Of a stretch of DNA of 64,000 nt, positions 26,310 to 34,601 are shown one piece after another (positions within the stretch are counted from its first letter, which is position 1; every line of letters starts with the position of its first letter). Source of the stretch: an uncultured Micavibrio sp. (lineage in GTDB: Bacteria > Pseudomonadota > Alphaproteobacteria > Micavibrionales > UBA2020); the NCBI GenBank assembly GCA_964575605.1, contig CAZNRN010000019.1, positions 7,317 through 71,316 of the forward strand, read 5' to 3'. Under the pieces are notes generated by a model. It ran no database searches. It saw only the letters and a list, made by a program, of their open reading frames with translations, and was not told where the DNA came from. Position numbers and translations under genes: made by a program.

Positions 26310-27610
26310 GACGCGGGCGCCTTTGACTTGAGTTTGAAGGGCTTGTTGCGCACCGCCATGGTTTGCGACAGCTCGCCCGACAGCGCGTCTGTATCCTTGC
26401 CGGTAAGATCCGTCAGGAATAATTTGAGTTTTTGCCAGGCGGCCAGTTCCGCAGCCGCGGCTTCTTCGGTGATGCGGCGTTTTTCCTTGCGCGCGGCGAT
26501 GCTGTCCGTTTCGCTCTCAAAAATGGCCTCGAGCAGGCCGAGCGGGGTCTGGCGTTCCTTGTTCACCTGCAGCAGGCTCGCGCCTTTTGACACGGCTTCC
26601 TCGACCATATCCTGCCGTCCGTATAGCACCGCGAAGTGCAGCATGCAATTCCCGTCCTTGGTCGCGGCCGTGATAGGGACGCCCTTTTCGAGCAGCCGGT
26701 CGAAGGCGCTGCGATTCTTCAGCACCGATGCCAGCGGCAGGGCAGAGTCTGCCGCGTCGCCGGCTGCAGTATAGGAAGGATGGCTGATGATCGAGAGCGC
26801 CAGGGCTTCGCGTTCGGCGACCTTTTTCTGGAGGCTCTCGCGCTCGTAATACTCGCAGATTTTTTCCTGCTTCATGGCCGACAGTGTTGCCTTGAGCGCT
26901 ACGGCGGCGGGGGTCTCGCCCTTGATGTCAGCCTGGTGCGGGTTCGCACCGGCCTCCAGCAGCAAGGCGGTATGCCCTGCGTTCTGGTCGCGGACGGCAA
27001 GCATAAGCGCGCTATCACCGTCGGGCGTCGTGGCCGACAGGTCTGCGCCAGCCGCAATCAGGTCTTTCAACCCCTCCGGGTCCTTCATGCGGACGGCCAG
27101 TATGATCGCGGGAACGCCCTGCACTTTTTCGTTCGGGTCGAGCGCCAGTGCGATGGCAAGTCGCGTCCATTTGTCGGTGACGAGCTTTTTCTCTTCCTTG
27201 CGGTATTGCTCGGCTTTTTCGGCGGCGACGGCAGCCTGCCAGCCTTTGTTGATGATATCGCCCGGGGTTTCCTGTGCAGCGTTGCGGTGCGACACGTTGG
27301 CGCCGTGTTGAAGCAGCAGGCGCAGGTTTTGCGCCTGGAAGGATTTGATCGCCACCTCTGCCGCGCTTTCGCCCTCGGGGTTAACCGCGTTCGGGTCCGC
27401 GCCCGCTTGCAGCAGCAGTCCGGCCATACCGGATTTTTTCAGCTTCACCGCAAGCGTGACCAGCGGATGCCCGCCGACGGTGGCATTGGCGTCGGCGCCG
27501 AAGTATTTCAACAGTTCTTCTGCCTGCGGCACGTTGCCGAGGCGCACGGCCCTTGCCATCGCGGTTTCGATTTCCGCCTGCGTCGGGGGCTGGTTGCCGG
27601 CGAGGTTCAT
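26306..27610 (-). CDS. ankyrin-repeat protein (A3, 434 aa)
   Basis: Many ANK repeats (PEGESAAEVAIKSFQAQNLRLLLQHGANV, TPDGDSALMLAVRDQNAGHTALLLEAGANPHQADIKGETP, TKDGNCMLHFAVLYGRQDMVEEAVSKGASL). Confidence 0.85.
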   Translation of the reverse strand: MNLAGNQPPTQAEIETAMARAVRLGNVPQAEELLKYFGADANATVGGHPLVTLAVKLKKSGMAGLLLQAGADPNAVNPEGESAAEVAIKSFQAQNLRLLLQHGANVSHRNAAQETPGDIINKGWQAAVAAEKAEQYRKEEKKLVTDKWTRLAIALALDPNEKVQGVPAIILAVRMKDPEGLKDLIAAGADLSATTPDGDSALMLAVRDQNAGHTALLLEAGANPHQADIKGETPAAVALKATLSAMKQEKICEYYERESLQKKVAEREALALSIISHPSYTAAGDAADSALPLASVLKNRSAFDRLLEKGVPITAATKDGNCMLHFAVLYGRQDMVEEAVSKGASLLQVNKERQTPLGLLEAIFESETDSIAARKEKRRITEEAAAAELAAWQKLKLFLTDLTGKDTDALSGELSQTMAVRNKPFKLKSKAPAS

Positions 27611-28458
27611 GCGGAAGCCCCCGGTTTCAGCGAGATGGTTTTCATCGTCCTGACGGGCTCGGCGACTGTGGCCGCGTATTTGCGGCGGCTTGCTTCGTCG
27701 ATCGCCTGCCCGATATCGTGAAAGCCAAGCTCTTCGGCCAGCGCACGCGGAGTCTGGCCCTGCTTGTTTTTCAGGTCGATATTCGCGCCAAGTGCAATCA
27801 ACGAAAGCGCGATATCCTCGCGGTGGTTGATCACGGCGACGGCAAGGGGCGTATTGCCTTCGTCGTCCTGCGCATCGATACCGGCGCGGGACAGGTATTC
27901 ATTGCCGAGCAGGCGGTCGATCGCTTCTTTCTGGTAGACGGCGATGGCGCACATCAGGGGCGTCGTGCCGCCGCGGCCCTTTTGTGCAAGGTCTGCGCCC
28001 GCAGCCGCCAGCGCATCAAGCACCTCGATCTGCCCGTATTGTGCGGTATAGAAGACAGCAGGGTTGCCGTGCATATCCTGGCCCGAGTAATCACGCCCCG
28101 GTTTGATAAGCTTTTTGCACAGCGCTTCGTCGGCATGGTCGAACAGCGCGGTATGCAGCGCCGTCTTGTTGAAATTATTGGTGAGCGAGGCATCCGCCCC
28201 CTTGGACAGCAGGAAGGAAACCATGTCCGACTGGTTTTCCCGCGCCGCGCCGATGAGGGCCGTGTCGCCGTTTGTGTCGCGACCGTTAATCGAAGCGCCT
28301 TCCTTCAAATGCTTTTTGACGGCGTCGAGGTCGCCGAATTCGGCCGAGCGCACCAGCCGCACATCAAGCGTGCGCTTGATCGCTTCCCGCGTTTCCTTCA
28401 GGTGCTTGAATAATCCCATCACACAACTCCACACCGCCCTTTTTAAAAACCCTGCCAT
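27607..28458 (-). CDS. ankyrin-repeat protein (A4, first gene of the operon)
   Basis: DTNGDTALIGAARENQSDMVSFLLSKGADASL..., DDEGNTPLAVAVINHREDIALSLIALGANIDLKNKQGQTP. An alternative start at ATG 28419 (MGLFKHLK) has a better-spaced GGAG. Confidence 0.8.
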   Translation of the reverse strand: MAGFLKRAVWSCVMGLFKHLKETREAIKRTLDVRLVRSAEFGDLDAVKKHLKEGASINGRDTNGDTALIGAARENQSDMVSFLLSKGADASLTNNFNKTALHTALFDHADEALCKKLIKPGRDYSGQDMHGNPAVFYTAQYGQIEVLDALAAAGADLAQKGRGGTTPLMCAIAVYQKEAIDRLLGNEYLSRAGIDAQDDEGNTPLAVAVINHREDIALSLIALGANIDLKNKQGQTPRALAEELGFHDIGQAIDEASRRKYAATVAEPVRTMKTISLKPGASA

Positions 28459-28710
28459 GTCCTTCTAAAAAGGCGCAAAAACACTGATTTTGGGCATTGG
28501 GACATTATTATATAAAGAGAGGAGAATTGCAATAATTATGTAAATATGAATTCGAAGCGTTAAATAAGCGCGCTTTCACCTAAAAAAATCAATTATTTCA
28601 TATATTTAACAATGATAGGCAAGTGTTAACCCTATTTAGGATATAATTAACATATTAATGCAATACTGGGGCTAATAGCAGAATCACGGCTAGCAGACGG
28701 AGTCCTCACG

Positions 28711-28887
28711 ATGGAGCCAAATGTAGTCTCTTTCCCTGAATCGGATGCCTGGGCCGATGCGCTTGATGTGCGCAATCAGTTTGCGAAGTCCGCGCCGCGC
28801 GCGCCGGGCACTGCCGCACCGGGCACCAAAGCGGAATACAAGGAATTCGCGGCGCTCGAGCTCGATTTCGACATGCTGGTGAAATAA
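28711..28887 (+). CDS. small acidic hypothetical protein (58 aa), below the ORF-track size cutoff
   Basis: My translation: MEPNVVSFPESDAWADALDVRNQFAKSAPRAPGTAAPGTKAEYKEFAALELDFDMLVK. G/C predominates at third codon positions, as in neighbouring genes. It is followed directly by a strong terminator hairpin. The listed antisense ORF 28706..28897 is Arg/Cys-rich. Confidence 0.45.
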   Translation: MEPNVVSFPESDAWADALDVRNQFAKSAPRAPGTAAPGTKAEYKEFAALELDFDMLVK

Positions 28888-28904
28888 CGAATTGCACGAC
28901 GGAT

Positions 28905-28939
28905 AAGGCTCCTTTAGTTTGCAGCTAAAGGAGCTTTTT
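28905..28939 (+). terminator. rho-independent terminator hairpin whose 3' arm contains the ridA-family Shine-Dalgarno
   Basis: gctcctttag (28908-28917), loop tttgcag, ctaaaggagc (28925-28934), then ttttt (28935-28939). The next ATG is at 28941. AAGGAG lies at 28928-28933. Confidence 0.7.
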
Positions 28940-28940
28940 C

Positions 28941-29399
28941 ATGTCCGCAATCGACGACCGCCTCAAATCCCTTGGCATCACCATCCCCGAACTGGCGCCG
29001 CCGGTCGCGAACTACGTGCCCTTCACCATCTCGGGCAAGACGCTCTACATCTCGGGCCAGCTGCCGGGGGCGGGCGGGCAGATGACGAAAGGCCATCTGG
29101 GCAAGGAAGTGTCGCTGGAAGACGGGCAGAAGGCCGCGCGCGTCTGCGCCATCAACATCATCGCACAGGCCAAAGCGGCGCTGGGAGATTTGGATAAAAT
29201 TTCGCGCTGCCTGCGCCTTGGCGGTTTCGTGGCTTCTACCCCCGAATTCACCGACCATCCGAAGGTGGTCAACGGCGCGTCGGATTTGATCGTCGAAGTC
29301 TTTGGCGACGCAGGCAAGCATGCGCGCGCGGCGGTCGGCGTTTCCGCGCTGCCCCTAGGCGCTGCGGTCGAAGTCGATGCAATCTTTGAAATAAAGTAA
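28941..29399 (+). CDS. RidA/YjgF/UK114-family protein
   Basis: YVPFTISGKTLYISGQLP...ARAAVGVSALPLGAAVEVDAIFEI. Confidence 0.8.
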   Translation: MSAIDDRLKSLGITIPELAPPVANYVPFTISGKTLYISGQLPGAGGQMTKGHLGKEVSLEDGQKAARVCAINIIAQAKAALGDLDKISRCLRLGGFVASTPEFTDHPKVVNGASDLIVEVFGDAGKHARAAVGVSALPLGAAVEVDAIFEIK

Positions 29400-29409
29400 A
29401 GGAAGTCAC

Positions 29410-30111
29410 ATGACGGCAAGGGTTTTCTGCGCGATCGATGCGAATACGCTGGATGACGCGGCAGCCCTTGTGAAACGCCTTGCGGGTACCGATGTCGGCA
29501 TCAAGCTCGGCCTCGAATTTTTCGTGGCCGAAGGACCGAAGGGCATCGAGGCGATTAAGAAAATCGCCGGCAGTGCCGAAATCTTCCTCGACCTCAAACT
29601 GCATGATATCCCGAACACGGTCGCGGGCGCGGTCAAGGCCGCGGTCAAATGCAATCCCGATTTCCTGACGCTCCACACTTCAGGCGGTGCGGAGATGATG
29701 AAGGCGGCGGTAGATGCCGCGAGGGGTTCCTCGGTAAGGTTGCTGGGCGTAACCGTGCTGACCAGCCTCGATGAAAAGAACCTGGCCAGCGTAGGGCAGG
29801 GGACGCAGGTCGAGGAACAAGTGCAACGTCTGGCAACGCTGGCCGAAACTTCCGGCCTTGCGGGCGTTGTCTGCTCGCCGAAAGAAATCGGCTTGCTGCG
29901 TAAAAACCTGAAAGCGCAGACCCTGCTGGTCGTGCCCGGCATCCGTCCCGCGGGCGCCGACACAGGCGACCAGAAGCGCGTTATGACCCCCGTCGAGGCA
30001 TCAAGCCTTGGCGCCGACTATCTGGTTATCGGCCGCCCGATTACGCAGGCGGCGGACCCCGCACTCGCCGCGCGCGAAATCCTCGCCTCTATGGCCAAAC
30101 AAGCCGCGTAA
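29410..30111 (+). CDS. pyrF: orotidine 5'-phosphate decarboxylase
   Basis: VFCAIDANTLDDA..., GIKLGLEFF, IFLDLKLHDIPNTV, LVIGRPIT. Confidence 0.9.
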   Translation: MTARVFCAIDANTLDDAAALVKRLAGTDVGIKLGLEFFVAEGPKGIEAIKKIAGSAEIFLDLKLHDIPNTVAGAVKAAVKCNPDFLTLHTSGGAEMMKAAVDAARGSSVRLLGVTVLTSLDEKNLASVGQGTQVEEQVQRLATLAETSGLAGVVCSPKEIGLLRKNLKAQTLLVVPGIRPAGADTGDQKRVMTPVEASSLGADYLVIGRPITQAADPALAAREILASMAKQAA

Positions 30112-30222
30112 TATCAGTCGTTTAAGCCTTGCGTTATGTCAATTATAAATGAGGTGACGCTAAACGGCGTCCCATGTTAAAGACTCACCTTCGAAAGGCG
30201 CAAATAGGCGTTATGTAACAGC

Positions 30223-31122
30223 ATGAACTGGATTACCAACTTCGTCCGTCCCAAGATCAAGGCGCTCATCCCCACCAAAAAGGATGTGCCCGATGACCTC
30301 TGGCAGAAATGCCCGGGCTGCGAAACCATGCTGCACCACCAGGCGCTGGCCAAGAACCTGAACGTCTGCACCAACTGCGGCCACCACCTGCGCATGACGG
30401 TCAAGGAGCGCCTCGACATGCTTTTCGACGATGCGCAGTGGAAGGATACAGAACTGCCCAAGGCGCCGCTCGACCCGCTGAAATTCCGCGACCGCAAGAA
30501 ATACACCGACCGCCTGAAAGACGCGCAGGGCGAAACCGGCCGCAAGGACGCAATCGTCGTCGCACAAGGGCCGATGGGCGGCAAGCCCGTCGTTATCGCG
30601 GCCTTCGATTTCGATTTCATGGGCGGCTCGATGGGAGCTGCCGTCGGCGACGGGCTGATTACCGCCGCGCGCCTTGCCGTCGCGCAGAAATGCCCCTTTA
30701 TCGTTATCCCGGCCTCTGGCGGCGCGCGCATGCAGGAAGGCATGCTGTCGCTGATGCAGATGCCGCGCTCTGTCATCGCCGTCGAACAGGTGAAGGAAGC
30801 GGGCCTGCCCTATATCGTGCTGCTGACCAACCCGACCACGGGCGGCGTCTCGGCGTCCTTCGCGATGCTGGGCGACATCCATATCGCCGAACCCGGCGCC
30901 CAAATTGGTTTCGCAGGCCGCCGCGTCATCCAGGAAACCATCCGTGCCTCGCTGCCCGACGGCTTCCAGACTGCGGAATACCTGCGCGACCATGGCATGG
31001 TCGACCTTGTCATCCCGCGCCATGAACTACGCGATAAAATCATCACCCTGCTGCAGCTGCTGACCCAGCCGCGCGACGCTGCCGCAAAAAAAATGAATGG
31101 CCACGCCGACGCCGGCATGTAA
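30223..31122 (+). CDS. accD: acetyl-CoA carboxylase carboxyltransferase subunit beta
   Basis: Zn-finger CPGCETMLHHQALAKNLNVCTNCGHH and the GGSMGAAVG / GGARMQEG blocks. Confidence 0.9.
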   Translation: MNWITNFVRPKIKALIPTKKDVPDDLWQKCPGCETMLHHQALAKNLNVCTNCGHHLRMTVKERLDMLFDDAQWKDTELPKAPLDPLKFRDRKKYTDRLKDAQGETGRKDAIVVAQGPMGGKPVVIAAFDFDFMGGSMGAAVGDGLITAARLAVAQKCPFIVIPASGGARMQEGMLSLMQMPRSVIAVEQVKEAGLPYIVLLTNPTTGGVSASFAMLGDIHIAEPGAQIGFAGRRVIQETIRASLPDGFQTAEYLRDHGMVDLVIPRHELRDKIITLLQLLTQPRDAAAKKMNGHADAGM

Positions 31123-31133
31123 AGGAGGCGGGC

Positions 31134-32483
31134 ATGCTTGACAAAAAACAGGCAGCCGCAAAAGACATGGCGCAGCGTGACTGGACGTTTTCCCCCGTGC
31201 CCGCGCTTGAAATCGCCGTCAATGAAGTGCGCCTGAAAAGCCCGCCGATGCTGCCAAACGGGCTCGACCGTCCGCGCCGGCTGCTTGAAAAACTTGGCAA
31301 TCCGCAGCTGAAAATGCCGTCGGTCTTCCATGTGGCGGGCACCAACGGCAAGGGCTCGACGCTCGCATTTCTGCAGGCGATTTTCGAGGCGGGCGGCATG
31401 TCCGTCCACAAATTCATCTCGCCGCATCTTGTGCGTTTCGAAGAACGCATCGTGGTGGCCGGTAAACAGATCGAGCCCGACCACCTGCTGGAGTTGATGG
31501 GTGAGGTCAGCCGCGCCGCGGGCGACGATGAAATTTCCTTCTTCGAATTTTTCACCGCGCTGGCGTTTCTGGTCTATGCGCGCGAAAAGGCAGATGCCGT
31601 GCTGCTCGAAACCGGCCTCGGCGGCAATTATGACGCCACCAACGTAATCGAAAAAAGCGTCGCGCTGCTGACGCGCATTTCGTTCGACCACACGCGTCTG
31701 CTGGGGGACACGCTGCCCGCGATCGCGGGTGAAAAGGCCGGTATCATCAAGCAGGGCTGCCCCGCCATTATCGCACCGCAGTCGCCCGAAGTGATGGAAG
31801 TGTTTTTGAAGCGCGCGGCGCAGGTGAATGCAAATAGCTTCGCCGCCGGCCGCGACTGGAACACGGCAACGGCGGGCGATACCTTTACCTACAACGGCAA
31901 AAACAAATTCAGCTTGCCTCTGCCGCGCCTGCTGGGCGGCCACCAGGTTATCAACGCAGGTACCGCGATTGCAGGGCTTGAAAACAGCCAGTTCACCAGC
32001 CTCCTGAAACAGGGCACGCTGGCGCGCGCCATGGAAACGGTCACCTGGCCCGGCCGTTTCCAGCGGCTGGAACGCGGCGCGCTGGCCGACCTGCTGCCGC
32101 AAGGCTGGGAGCTCTGGGCCGATGGCGCGCACAACGATTCCGGTGCCGAGGTACTGGCTGAACAGGCAAAGGCCTGGGGACAGGAAAAACCGCTGCACAT
32201 CATCACCGGTTTCAAGAAAAAGAAAGACACCGACGGTTTCTACGAACGCCTTGTCGGTATCCCGAAATCGATACAGGCGGTCGACGCCCGCATCGACGCG
32301 CCGCTGGTGCCGCCGCAGGAGTTATGTGATTCCCTGAAAGCCATGGGCTTCACGAACGTCGCCCCCGCCGATAATCTGGAAAGCGCGATCCGGTCGCTTG
32401 CCTTACAATTCAGCACGCCGCAGCGTATAATCATTACGGGCTCTCTCTATCTGGTCGGCCATGCCCTGAAACTCAACGGCTGA
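31134..32483 (+). CDS. folC: bifunctional folylpolyglutamate synthase/dihydrofolate synthase
   Basis: P-loop HVAGTNGKGST, LETGLGGNYDATN, and position after accD. Confidence 0.85.
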   Translation: MLDKKQAAAKDMAQRDWTFSPVPALEIAVNEVRLKSPPMLPNGLDRPRRLLEKLGNPQLKMPSVFHVAGTNGKGSTLAFLQAIFEAGGMSVHKFISPHLVRFEERIVVAGKQIEPDHLLELMGEVSRAAGDDEISFFEFFTALAFLVYAREKADAVLLETGLGGNYDATNVIEKSVALLTRISFDHTRLLGDTLPAIAGEKAGIIKQGCPAIIAPQSPEVMEVFLKRAAQVNANSFAAGRDWNTATAGDTFTYNGKNKFSLPLPRLLGGHQVINAGTAIAGLENSQFTSLLKQGTLARAMETVTWPGRFQRLERGALADLLPQGWELWADGAHNDSGAEVLAEQAKAWGQEKPLHIITGFKKKKDTDGFYERLVGIPKSIQAVDARIDAPLVPPQELCDSLKAMGFTNVAPADNLESAIRSLALQFSTPQRIIITGSLYLVGHALKLNG

Positions 32484-32504
32484 CCCCAAAACAGGGTTTT
32501 TCCG

Positions 32505-32987
32505 TTGGGCATCCCCAAGACGCCACAGCCTCCGAAGACGATTGTGCTGCACGGCTCCGCCGTGCTGCTGAAGAGCGTGAATTTTTCGCCTTCTGTCGTC
32601 TTCCTGCGCGGGCGCTCGGGCTCCGGCAAGTCCGACCTTGCCTTCCGCCTCATCGAAAACGGCGGCGAGCTGATTTGCGACGACCAGGTGTTCTTTGAAA
32701 AGCGCCATGAAAAAGTTTTCGCGGGCGCGGTCGAAACCATCAGCGGCCTGATCGAGGTTCGGGGCGTCGGCCTGCTGCGCTATCCCGTCGCCGACCCGGG
32801 GCGGCTGATGCTGGTGGTCGATCTCGTGAAGCACGAGGAAGTGCCTCGCCTGCCCGAGCCCCAAACCATCAATATCCTCGGAGTCGATATTCCGCTCCTG
32901 AAACTCCACGCCTTCGACGTGTCCACCGCGCTTAAAATTTATAAGGCCATGGAAGTCGTCCACAAGCCCGGCATGGTGGTGAAGTAA
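32505..32987 (+). CDS. hprK: HPr kinase/phosphorylase, short alphaproteobacterial form (C-terminal domain only)
   Basis: LHGSAV...FLRGRSGSGKSDLAFRLI...LICDDQV...GLIEVRGVGLL. TTG start. Confidence 0.75.
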   Translation: MGIPKTPQPPKTIVLHGSAVLLKSVNFSPSVVFLRGRSGSGKSDLAFRLIENGGELICDDQVFFEKRHEKVFAGAVETISGLIEVRGVGLLRYPVADPGRLMLVVDLVKHEEVPRLPEPQTINILGVDIPLLKLHAFDVSTALKIYKAMEVVHKPGMVVK

Positions 32988-33928
32988 TGGCGAAGAAGCC
33001 CGCCAGACGTCGCGTATTAATCGTGACCGGATTATCCGGCGCGGGGCTGTCGACCGCGCTGAAATCGCTGGAAGACCTCGGCTATAAGGCCGTCGACAAC
33101 ATCCCGGTTGCCATGGTCGATACGCTGCTGAAACAAAAGGGCGGGCTGGATAAACCCGTCGCTATCGGCATCGACAGCCGCACCTGGGATTTCACGCCCG
33201 CGGCGCTCCTGAAACAGGTGGCGAAGCTGAAAAAAGACCGCCATCTGCAGGCCGAGCTTGTGTTTATAAATTGCCAGGACAGCATCTTGCAGCAGCGCTA
33301 TACCGAAACCCGCCGCGTGCATCCCTTGGCCGTTGACCGCCCCGTGGCAGACGGCGTGATCCGCGAACGCCAGCTGATGACGCCTTTGCGCCGCGCCGCA
33401 GACCATGTGATTGATACGTCGGATTTGAAAGCCTTCGAGCTGCGCCGCATGATGGCGGGCTATTTCCAATTGGAAGGTGACAAAGGCCTGTTCGTCTTCG
33501 TGACTTCCTTCGGCTTCAAGAACGGCATCCCGCGGGAAGCCGATTTGGTCTTCGACGTGCGCTTCCTGCATAACCCGCATTGGGATGCGCACCTGCGCCC
33601 GCTCTCCGGCCTCGATGCCGCCGTGGCCAAGAAAGTGCGCGGCGATAAAGCCTATAAAGGATTTTATACAAGCGTTACGAAACTCCTCGCGCCGCTGCTG
33701 CCGCGCTATATCAACGAGGGCAAAAATTATCTGACGATTGCGGTGGGCTGCACCGGCGGCCGCCATCGTTCCGTCTGCGTGGCCGAAGATATCAACCGCT
33801 GGGTTGCCAAACGCGGCTTCAGCTCGGCCGTGCGCCACCGCGACCTCGAAAAAGACCCTGCGCAGCGCTTGCATCAGGCGCATGGCGCAACCATTTCAAG
33901 AAGAAGAAAGCAAAGGAAAGCAGCATGA
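32987..33928 (+). CDS. rapZ: RNase adapter protein RapZ (YhbJ family)
   Basis: VLIVTGLSGAGLSTALKSLEDLGYKAVDNIP..., IAVGCTGGRHRSV. TAATG overlap with hprK. Confidence 0.85.
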   Translation: MAKKPARRRVLIVTGLSGAGLSTALKSLEDLGYKAVDNIPVAMVDTLLKQKGGLDKPVAIGIDSRTWDFTPAALLKQVAKLKKDRHLQAELVFINCQDSILQQRYTETRRVHPLAVDRPVADGVIRERQLMTPLRRAADHVIDTSDLKAFELRRMMAGYFQLEGDKGLFVFVTSFGFKNGIPREADLVFDVRFLHNPHWDAHLRPLSGLDAAVAKKVRGDKAYKGFYTSVTKLLAPLLPRYINEGKNYLTIAVGCTGGRHRSVCVAEDINRWVAKRGFSSAVRHRDLEKDPAQRLHQAHGATISRRRKQRKAA

Positions 33929-34326
33929 TCGGACTTGTCATCGTCACCCACGGCCGCCTGGCCGAGGAATTCATCGCCGTGATGGAACACATCGTCGGCC
34001 CGCAGAAGCAGGTGGCCGCCGTCTGCATGGGCCCCGACGACGACATGGAGAAGAAGCGCCAGGAAATCATCGCCAAGGTAAAGGAAACCGACAGCGGCAA
34101 GGGCGTGCTTATCCTCACCGACATGTTCGGCGGCACGCCCTCGAACCTCGCCATTTCCATTACCGAAGATAAAAAGATCGAGGCGCTGGCAGGCATCAAC
34201 CTGCCCATGCTGATTAAACTTGCCAGCGTGCGCCAGACCGAAACGCTGGCGCAGGCCGCGCTCTCGGGGCAGGAAGCTGGGCGCAAATACATCAACGCGG
34301 CCTCGGCGCTGCTGCAGGCGGGTTGA
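33925..34326 (+). CDS. PTS EIIA component, mannose/fructose family
   Basis: MIGLVIVTHGRLAEEF (phospho-His region)...LILTDMFGGTPSN. Confidence 0.8.
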   Translation: MIGLVIVTHGRLAEEFIAVMEHIVGPQKQVAAVCMGPDDDMEKKRQEIIAKVKETDSGKGVLILTDMFGGTPSNLAISITEDKKIEALAGINLPMLIKLASVRQTETLAQAALSGQEAGRKYINAASALLQAG

Positions 34327-34601
34327 TAACGGCCTTGGAAAAAAGCGTCAAAATCAGCAATAAACGCGGCCTTCACGCCCGCGCGGCGGCAAAGTTCGTC
34401 AAGCTCGCCGAACAGCACAAGGCCGATATCCGCGTGCTGAAGGACGACATGGATGTCTGCGGCACATCCATCATGGGCTTGCTTATGCTCTCCGCCAGCA
34501 AGGACACTTCCGTGCTTATCCGCGTCACGGGCGAGGGGGCGGATGCGGCGCTGCACGAATTATCCTCCCTCATCGAACGCCGCTTCGACGAGGACGAATG
34601 A
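34323..34601 (+). CDS. ptsH: HPr-family phosphocarrier protein
   Basis: NKRGLHARAAAKF (His15 region) and GTSIMGLLML (Ser46 region). TTG start overlaps the EIIA stop. Confidence 0.8.
   Translation: MITALEKSVKISNKRGLHARAAAKFVKLAEQHKADIRVLKDDMDVCGTSIMGLLMLSASKDTSVLIRVTGEGADAALHELSSLIERRFDEDE

Noticed and set aside
28706-28897. 63-aa minus-strand ORF in the ridA upstream region
   Set aside because: Arg/Cys/Pro-rich translation. The + strand 58-aa ORF in the same place has more coding-like composition and is followed by a terminator.
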